Below are positions 7,326 to 12,770 of a stretch of DNA of 12,770 nucleotides, piece after piece; position 1 is the first letter of the stretch; each line of letters begins with the position of its first letter. The notes under the pieces are model-generated. The model worked only from the letters and a program-made list of their open reading frames with translations, ran no database searches and was not told the origin of the DNA. The stretch covers positions 1 to 12,770 of the forward strand of contig NZ_JAYKGW010000201.1 in assembly GCF_035285525.1 (NCBI RefSeq). The letters run 5' to 3'. Position numbers and translations under genes: made by a program. Origin of the DNA: Okeania sp. (GTDB lineage: Bacteria > Cyanobacteriota > Cyanobacteriia > Cyanobacteriales > Microcoleaceae).

Positions 7326-7904
7326 CTATGAATCAACTAATAATCCATAGGGAAGGGGATAGCTTTCTTCATCGTCACCGGTTTCAAACCAGTAGTGCAT
7401 ATGAGCTTCGACAAACTCCTCACGACTAATAGAACCTGACTTATCTGAATCAATACTATCAAAAGCTTGGTTCGCTTGTTCCGATTGCTCTACTCCAGTA
7501 TATATTGCTAGATACTTTCGGTACTCTTCACGAGATATTTCTCCAGAATGATCCGTGTCAATGATATCGAAAAAAATCTCGTTTTTATGTCTACCTGCTT
7601 GAAGTACTTCATCTGATGCTTCAGCCACAGTCTTTGCAACTTTAGTGATTAATTCTTCTTCAGTAATTTGAGTATTATCATCAACTGGTTCTCCTCCAGC
7701 TATAAAATGCTGAAACAGAGAATGACACATTTCGCGAATTTTTTCGTTCTTTGATGAATCAGTTTGCAGTCTAATTAAACGATTGGCAATTTCTTCAAAG
7801 TCGGAGAGGGTTAAAACCTCATTTTTATCGACGTCCATAAGTTTGAAGTAGGTCTTCATTTTAGCACGCCAAATACTTGATGATATAAACTTTTCAGGAG
7901 ACAT
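7326..7904 (-). CDS. EF-hand calcium-binding protein of the sarcoplasmic-calcium-binding-protein (SCP)/calerythrin type
   Basis: 192-aa ORF. The EF loops are DVDKNEVLTLSDFE (atypical, E at the Gly position), DTDHSGEISREEYRKY and DSDKSGSISREEFVEA. The N-terminal IWRAKMKTYFKLMDVDKNEVLTLSDFEEIANRL and the C-terminal WFETGDDEESYPLPYGLLV resemble, from memory, invertebrate SCP (..W.QKMKTYFNRIDFDKDG.I...DFE.MAERF ... FWGPLV). Confidence 0.85.
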   Translation of the reverse strand: MSPEKFISSSIWRAKMKTYFKLMDVDKNEVLTLSDFEEIANRLIRLQTDSSKNEKIREMCHSLFQHFIAGGEPVDDNTQITEEELITKVAKTVAEASDEVLQAGRHKNEIFFDIIDTDHSGEISREEYRKYLAIYTGVEQSEQANQAFDSIDSDKSGSISREEFVEAHMHYWFETGDDEESYPLPYGLLVDS

Positions 7905-8031
7905 TTTTATTGAAGAATAAGAAAACTACATCAACTAACTTCTTAATATCATCATAGCCTCAGAAATTTTGGATTATGTAATAAAAATTAATATTTATTG
8001 TCAGTATTCAGTAGTCAGCTATAAGCCAGGC

Positions 8032-8043
8032 TCCTCCGGAGGA
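8032..8043. promoter_or_regulatory. 12-bp perfect palindrome TCCTCCGGAGGA containing the TCCGGA (DIF1-like) hexamer, ~130 bp upstream of the EF-hand gene
   Basis: The palindrome is read directly, with TCCGGA at 8035-8040. No convincing -10 element was found at the canonical spacing, so the regulatory role is speculative. Confidence 0.2.
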
Positions 8044-8229
8044 ACTGCTTTAACAGTTATTGCTTCTAGTTTTTGATAGAAGCTTATATTATTTAGAAAT
8101 TTTATTTTAATATAAAAGCTAGTTTTCAAGTCTATATATATTAGTTTAAATATGATCTTTAAGCTTGAGGTTTCTTTTGCTAATAGCTGAGGTGCTAATA
8201 GCTGAATGCTTATAATACCTCTATAATTT

Positions 8230-9018
8230 TCACCTTGTCATAGTAGAAATAGTTTTTCCTAGTGACATTAATGTTCGTTTAAAGTTATCTGCACGACTCC
8301 GAAAATCATCACCTTTTCCTAAATCAAATGCCATTCCTTTGACTCCAGATAATAATTTTAAATAAACTTTACTTTCAGTGTCTTGAGTAGCAATAACTAA
8401 ATAAAATTGGTCTATTCCTACAGTTTGAATTTCTCTTACTACTTCCTCAATATTTTGAGTTTCTTGATCGGGAATATGTGGAGGAGCGTCTGTGATTAAA
8501 ACAATAACTTTATTACTGTCTGAATCAAAAGGTTGACGTAATGCAAACATCACTGCATCTAAACTACTTTCTGGTGCATCTCCTCCTCCATAAGCTTTTA
8601 GTTTAGATACTTCTTGACGAAAAAGATTGGGATTATTTGTAAATACTTCGCCATTAATTTTTAACACTCTATGTTCTTCATTAATTAGGCGATCACGAAA
8701 TTCTATTAAACCAACTCTAACTCTGACTCCATCTTTTTCTATAGTATCGGCAAATTCCATAATTGTTTCTTTTATGGCATTAATTTCACCCTCCATACTG
8801 CCAGTACAATCTAACACAAACATAATATCTGCTTGGCGTTTGGCTAAAATTTCTGCTGTTAGTTTTAGGGCTTCAACAAGTTCTTCTGGCGAATGACTTT
8901 TTATAGTTGGTTTTGATCTTGATGTTGTTTTTGGTTTTGTTTCTAATTCTGTACCGCATTGTTGACAGGATTTAGCGGTATCTAAATTTGAAGTTCCGCA
9001 ATTAAGGCAAGTTTTCAT
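8230..9018 (-). CDS. Zinc-ribbon plus von Willebrand factor type A (vWA) domain protein
   Basis: 262-aa ORF. The N-terminal zinc ribbon is CLNCG-x10-CQQCG. After a low-complexity linker, the vWA domain has the MIDAS motif DCTGSM (DxTGS) and a downstream VIVLITDAPPH strand. Confidence 0.88.
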   Translation of the reverse strand: MKTCLNCGTSNLDTAKSCQQCGTELETKPKTTSRSKPTIKSHSPEELVEALKLTAEILAKRQADIMFVLDCTGSMEGEINAIKETIMEFADTIEKDGVRVRVGLIEFRDRLINEEHRVLKINGEVFTNNPNLFRQEVSKLKAYGGGDAPESSLDAVMFALRQPFDSDSNKVIVLITDAPPHIPDQETQNIEEVVREIQTVGIDQFYLVIATQDTESKVYLKLLSGVKGMAFDLGKGDDFRSRADNFKRTLMSLGKTISTMTR

Positions 9019-9026
9019 TTCAGCGA

Positions 9027-9514
9027 TCAGTTATCAGCTTCTTTAGTTTTCATGTTTGAAAATTAGATAAAGTTATAGTTTTAAAATTTTGGTTTTAATA
9101 TTTTAAACTTTACCATTTTTGAGTGACTTTTCAATAGGGAAATTTTTTTGGTTTGGTTAACGAGGTTTCAATATTTTTAGCGCTTTTTTTCAATTTTGTG
9201 ATATCGTATACTTATGATATTCTTGGAGCATTTTATGTCTTGATTTAGTTTTATACCTGTTAATTCCTATTATGCCGTTATGTTGGGTTATTTTGTTCTA
9301 AATTGTCTTTGCTCAAAATGACTTTTTTTCTCTGCGCGTTTTTTTCTGTTTTGACAAAGTGTTAGTTTTGTGATAGTAGGGCATATTTTTTGTTTTTTTG
9401 GGAATTAGATTTGCATTGAATAATTAGTCTAGTTTATGAACGAGTAACACCAAGTGTTTTTATTCTACCACAGGTGCTTTCAGGATGCAACCCTAATTCT
9501 CTTATCGGCGCGAC
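9027..9514 (+). other. Conserved T-rich non-coding segment, copy B (paralogous to 5005-5490); it starts 9 bp from the vWA start codon
   Basis: It is colinear with copy A (see 5005-5490). The vWA gene (ATG at 9018, minus strand) has no upstream sequence other than this segment. Confidence 0.8.
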
Positions 9515-10032
9515 TTTTTTCAGGGGTGCTTCAGAGAATGATTGGGGGGGTAGTCAGGGAAGGTTTGATTGTCAGGCGATCGCTACTTTTTTTCAGGGGT
9601 GCTTCAGAGAATGATTGGGGGGTAGTCAGGGAAGGTTTGATTGTCAGGCGATCGCTACTTTTTTTCAGGGGTGCTTCAGAGAATGATTGGGGGGGGGTAG
9701 TCAGGGAAGGTTTGATTGTCAGGCGATCGCTACTTTTTTTCAGGGGTGCTTCAGAGAATGATTGGGGGGTAGTCAGGGAAGGTTTGATGGAAAAGGAAAT
9801 TTCGACTTTTTTCAGGGGTGCTTCAGAGAATGAAAATTTTCAGTAGTTAGGGAAGGCTTGATTGTCAGGCGATCGCTACTTTTTTTTTCAGGGGTGCTTC
9901 AGAGAATGATTGGGGGGTAGTCAAGGAAGGTTTGATGGAAAAGGAAATTTCGACTTTTTTTCAGGGGTGCTTCAGAGAATGATTTGGGGGGGGAGTAGTC
10001 AAGGAAGGTTTGATGGAAAAGGAAATTTCGAC
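9515..10032 (+). repeat. Modular tandem array B (7 units of 72-78 bp)
   Basis: Unit ends are at 9586, 9658, 9733, 9806, 9879, 9954 and 10032. The core is CAGGGGTGCTTCAGAGAATGATTGGGGGGTAGTCAGGGAAGGTTTGAT. Unit 5 keeps the array-A-like GAAAATTTTCAGTAGTTAGGG version. Tails alternate between tgtcaggcgatcgctac (units 1, 2, 3, 5) and ggaaaaggaaatttcgac (units 4, 6, 7). The G-run length differs between units (6, 7 and 9 G). Confidence 0.92.
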
Positions 10033-10191
10033 TTTTTCTTGGGGAGCAGCCAGAATCCAGAATCCAGGAGGAAGAGGAATCAGAATCACAGAAGAGCTAG
10101 CCAAAAAAATATTCCCTTAATTTTCTCCCATATCTTGCCCAAAATCCTAGAATGCATGATTTTTCGGGAACCGTACCAGAATTACCTAAAA

Positions 10192-10214
10192 GCTGGTACT
10201 CTATTAGTACCTGC
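10192..10214 (-). terminator. Candidate intrinsic terminator of the kinase-FGE gene
   Basis: The minus-strand RNA is gcaGGUACUaauagAGUACCagc followed by UUUU. The stem is 6 bp plus 2 bp with one mismatch, ~52 nt after the stop codon. The stem is AU-rich and short, so the call is weak. Confidence 0.35.
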
Positions 10215-10265
10215 AAAAGCTGAAACCAATTCTTAAACAACTGACAACTAAAAAAGACTAATTGA

Positions 10266-12368
10266 CTAGAAACGGACAGGTAAGACGACACGAAAACCCC
10301 TATTGATGCTGAACCGATCCCCACTGCTACAACTACGCCTGGCACATCGACAATCCCTAGAATAGTTGACCCAACTACCACCACGGATAACTCTGTGCAG
10401 TCTATATTTACTTTGTCCCCAAATTTCCCAAGCAGTTCCATCCGTAGGCGCTCCATTATAATTATTGTGCCAAAGATCCTGACACCATTCCCAGACATTC
10501 CCGTGCATATCATATAAACCAAAAGCATTGGGTGGAAAACGTCCCAGTGCTGTTGTTTGTTTTAGAAATTTACCTTGAGGAGCGTTACCATAAGGATAGT
10601 TACCGTCGTAGTTAACCAACTCAGGCGTTATAGTTTCTCCAAAATAAAAAGATGTAGTCGTCCCTGCACGACAAGCATATTCCCACTGACTTTCGCTAGG
10701 CAACCTGTAAATTTTCCCAGTTTTCTTGCGTAGCTTTTTACGAAAGTTTGTAGCTTCATCCCAACTCACACTTTCCACTGGGCGACTTCCTCCTTTAAAT
10801 CGAGAAGGATTATTTCCCATAATGGCTTGGTACTGGTTTTGAGTAATAGGATATTTGCTGATAAAGAAAGGTTGGAGAGTAACTTTATGTTGCAGATTTT
10901 CATCAGACTCTCTTTCAAACTCATCTTTTGGAGAGCCCATAAGAAAATTTCCCCCAGGAATATAAACCATTTCCAATACCACCTTCTCATCTAAATATTC
11001 TCTAAAAAATTCTGCTTCCTGGCGACGGCGACTAATTTCTTGTCCTTGGGAGTTGACCTTTATTACCTCAAAGCTAAATTTATCCGGTATTACTCCTTTA
11101 GGAAAGGGAGATTTTTTTTCAGAAGTCTCTTTTGGCATCCTCTCTTTAGGAGGTAAAGGTAACGGCTTTAGTGGTTTTGTGGGAAAGGGAGATGTTTCTT
11201 CTAGCTTCTCACTTCTATTTCCCAAGTCTTTCAGAAAATTTATAAATTGCGATATTTTTGTTTCTGACTCCTGAATGCTGGTTTCTGACTCCTGAATGTT
11301 GGTTTCTGACTCCTGAATGTTAGTTTCTGACTCCTGAATGTTAGTTTCTAACTCCTGAATGCTGGTTTCTAACTCCTGAATGTTGGTTTCTAACTCCTCA
11401 CTTCTGACTTTTGACTTTTGACTTTTGAATTGTATCTTCCACCATTCCTGAATATTTCCAGGACGACCTTCCTGCTCAAAAACCAAAGCCGACATTACCA
11501 ACTCTTGCCAAGGAGACTCTAAATCTTCTGGTTGCCAACCTTTTTGTTTTGATAAACGTTGCAAAGCATTAGGAGGTAACTGCCCAGTCAACATTTCATA
11601 AACCATCATCCCCACTTCAAAAATATCGCTCTCTACTCCCACTTCTCCTCCCCCAATAACTTCTGGTGCGGCATAAGCTTCCGTAAAAGTCCGAGTACTA
11701 GAAGTACTCATAGAAGTTCCGAAGGTTTGTTTTGCCGAACCAAAGTCGATCAATACTAACCGCCCTTCTGGGGTAAGTAAGATATTGTCGGGTTTTATAT
11801 CCAAGTGAAAAATTCCTTGTTGATGTACTGCGGATAATGCTAAGACGAGAGGAGAGATTATTTCTGCGATTTTCTCAGGGGAAAATTTTTTCTGAGGTTG
11901 AGAGTCTAATTCTGTTCTGAGAGTTTTTCCCGTGACTAACTCCATGACTAGATAGGCCGTATCATTTTCCTCAAATAAATCTTTTACTCTTACCACATGA
12001 GGGTGATCGAGTTTTGCTAATATTTGTCCTTCCCGGAGAAACCTTTGCAAACCCCGTTGAAATATTTCCTGTTGATTTTTGGGGATGGTAAAACCGCCAG
12101 TGGTAGGGTGGCGGAAAGCGTGGTTTTGGGGATAATATTCTTTGATGGCGACTGTTTTTTGTAATGATTTATGATACCCCTGATAAGTTACGCCAAACCC
12201 TCCTCGACCCAGGGCGTAGTTTATTTGGTACTTATTGCCATGAAGTTTCCTACCTGATGCAAGTAGATCGCGGGTGAGTGATGGTAGGTATGCGCCACAG
12301 TTGGGGCATAGTTTTGTGTTTAGTGGAAGACCGTCAGTATAGCAACCTGAGTTTAAGCAACGCATCAT
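10266..12368 (-). CDS. Multidomain protein: N-terminal zinc ribbon, Ser/Thr protein kinase, heptad-repeat/Pro-rich linker, and a C-terminal FGE/SUMF1-type (formylglycine-generating enzyme fold, C-type-lectin-like) domain
   Basis: 700-aa ORF. The zinc ribbon is C-x4-C-x11-C-x2-C at the N-terminus. Kinase motifs are GRGGFGVTY, VAIKEY, HLDIKPDNILL, DFGSAK and APE. The linker is (ETNIQEL/S)n followed by PFPTKPLKPLPLPPK. The FGE domain has YIPGGNFLMGSP, RLPSESQWEYACRAG, GLYDMHGNVWEWCQD and RGGSW...GFRVV. Confidence 0.92.
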   Translation of the reverse strand: MMRCLNSGCYTDGLPLNTKLCPNCGAYLPSLTRDLLASGRKLHGNKYQINYALGRGGFGVTYQGYHKSLQKTVAIKEYYPQNHAFRHPTTGGFTIPKNQQEIFQRGLQRFLREGQILAKLDHPHVVRVKDLFEENDTAYLVMELVTGKTLRTELDSQPQKKFSPEKIAEIISPLVLALSAVHQQGIFHLDIKPDNILLTPEGRLVLIDFGSAKQTFGTSMSTSSTRTFTEAYAAPEVIGGGEVGVESDIFEVGMMVYEMLTGQLPPNALQRLSKQKGWQPEDLESPWQELVMSALVFEQEGRPGNIQEWWKIQFKSQKSKVRSEELETNIQELETSIQELETNIQESETNIQESETNIQESETSIQESETKISQFINFLKDLGNRSEKLEETSPFPTKPLKPLPLPPKERMPKETSEKKSPFPKGVIPDKFSFEVIKVNSQGQEISRRRQEAEFFREYLDEKVVLEMVYIPGGNFLMGSPKDEFERESDENLQHKVTLQPFFISKYPITQNQYQAIMGNNPSRFKGGSRPVESVSWDEATNFRKKLRKKTGKIYRLPSESQWEYACRAGTTTSFYFGETITPELVNYDGNYPYGNAPQGKFLKQTTALGRFPPNAFGLYDMHGNVWEWCQDLWHNNYNGAPTDGTAWEIWGQSKYRLHRVIRGGSWVNYSRDCRCARRSCSSGDRFSINRGFRVVLPVRF
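11260..11400 (-). repeat. In-frame 21-bp tandem repeat (6 full plus 1 partial copy) inside the kinase-FGE gene
   Basis: GTTTCTGACTCCTGAATG(C/T)T(G/A) recurs every 21 bp from 11260, and the last three copies have GTTTCTAAC. It encodes ELETNIQ/ESETNIQ heptads. It is followed by the heptamers cttctga cttttga cttttga cttttga at 11401-11428. Confidence 0.95.
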
Positions 12369-12454
12369 TTTCAGTAAGGATGAGGGAAGAAGGAAGAAGT
12401 TAAAAGATTTTCTGCAATTATACCGTGGCTGAGTTTTCTTTCAGAAGTTAAAAG

Positions 12455-12770
12455 TTGTCTATTTACCTGAGAATTTTTCATTTTCTGAAGCACCCGAATT
12501 TAAGAAGTGGTTGCCTGAGCGATCGCCTCCTTGTCTATATTACCTGAGAATTTTTCATTTTCTGAAGCACCCGAAATTGAGAAGTAGTGTTTTGACTCGG
12601 AAAAATCCTTCTATTTACCTGAGAATTTTTCATTTTCTGAAGCACCCGAATTTAAGAAGTGGTTGCCTGAGCGATCGCCTCCTTGTCTATATTACCTGAG
12701 AATTTTTCATTCTGTGAAGCACCCGAAATTGAGAAGTAGTGTTTTGACTCGGAAAAATCCTTCTATTTAC
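12455..12770 (-). repeat. Modular tandem array C (at least 4 units; inverted relative to arrays A/B; truncated by the window end)
   Basis: The reverse complement of the core is CGGGTGCTTCAGAAAATGAAAAATTCTCAGGTAA, matching the array A/B core GGTGCTTCAGARAATGAAAA. Tails alternate between a HIP1 module (cctgagcgatcgcctcc) and ttttgactcggaaaaatcc. The 152-bp double units 12459-12610 and 12611-12762 differ at only 2 positions. Confidence 0.9.

Noticed and set aside
8627-8896. Plus-strand 89-aa ORF inside the vWA gene
   Set aside because: It is antisense to a CDS with clear MIDAS and zinc-ribbon motifs.
9515-10032. CRISPR array (and arrays 5491-5718 and 12455-12770), each with a conserved AT-rich leader
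   Set aside because: The spacer-like parts are not unique. Only two tail sequences alternate, and they recur, diverged in parallel, in all three arrays. The units are better described as ~75-bp modular tandem repeats. No cas genes are in the window, and the core resembles no CRISPR repeat I know.
9515-10032. NsiR1-like tandem sRNA array (the heterocyst-specific tandem sRNA known from Anabaena)
   Set aside because: NsiR1 repeats each carry a TCCGGA (DIF1) promoter element and a terminator hairpin. These units contain no TCCGGA, and I could find no stable stem preceding the T-runs. Transcription is still worth testing.
9454-10236. ORFs 9454..9846 (130 aa) and 9910..10236 (108 aa) on the plus strand
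   Set aside because: They are translations of tandem array B (reiterated GVVREGLIVRRSLLFFRGASENDW). Their reading frame stays open only because the repeat has no stop codon. Unit lengths vary by non-multiples of 3, and the composition is not protein-like.
10097-11274. ORFs 10097..10528 (-), 10766..10990 (-) and 11053..11274 (+)
   Set aside because: They are alternative-frame or antisense ORFs within, or overlapping the end of, the 700-aa kinase-FGE CDS. None has recognisable motifs.
12511-12699. ORF 12511..12699 (62 aa)
   Set aside because: It is a repeat-derived frame through array C (YLRIFHFLKHP repeated). There is no independent coding evidence.
1-12770. DGR template repeat, reverse transcriptase or accessory (Avd) gene matching the putative variable region at 10299-10370
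   Set aside because: I looked for an A-rich near-copy of the GGSW...GFRVV coding segment and for RT motifs in all listed ORFs, and found none in this window. The DGR idea therefore remains an inference about a possibly remote element.

Overview
This AT-rich window has many HIP1 octamers (GCGATCGC) and heptameric STRR-type tandem repeats. It reads like the chromosome of a filamentous, Nostocales-type cyanobacterium, though that is inferred from sequence style only. The left two thirds hold the 3' part of a proline-rich repeat protein, a MORN-repeat protein and a decayed IS5-family element. These are followed by the housekeeping trio psaE - mutM - ndhO and a decayed DUF985-cupin remnant. The right third is all on the minus strand. 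It holds an SCP/calerythrin-like EF-hand protein, a zinc-ribbon-vWA protein, and a 700-aa protein with zinc ribbon, Ser/Thr kinase, repeat linker and an FGE/SUMF1-type domain. The last 24 codons before the terminal GFRVV motif of that protein look like a diversity-generating-retroelement (DGR) variable region, but no template repeat or reverse transcriptase lies in the window. The most unusual non-coding signal is an unclassified repeat family present three times. Each full copy is a conserved T-rich segment of about 490 bp followed by a tandem array of 72-78-bp units. The units share a core (GGTGCTTCAGARAATGA...) and carry one of two alternating tail modules, one of which contains HIP1. Copies lie after mutM (5005-5718), between the kinase and vWA genes (9027-10032) and, inverted, directly upstream of the kinase gene (12455 to window end). 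The family mimics a CRISPR leader plus array, but the spacer-like parts recur, so I do not call it CRISPR. I recognised no tRNA or rRNA genes.
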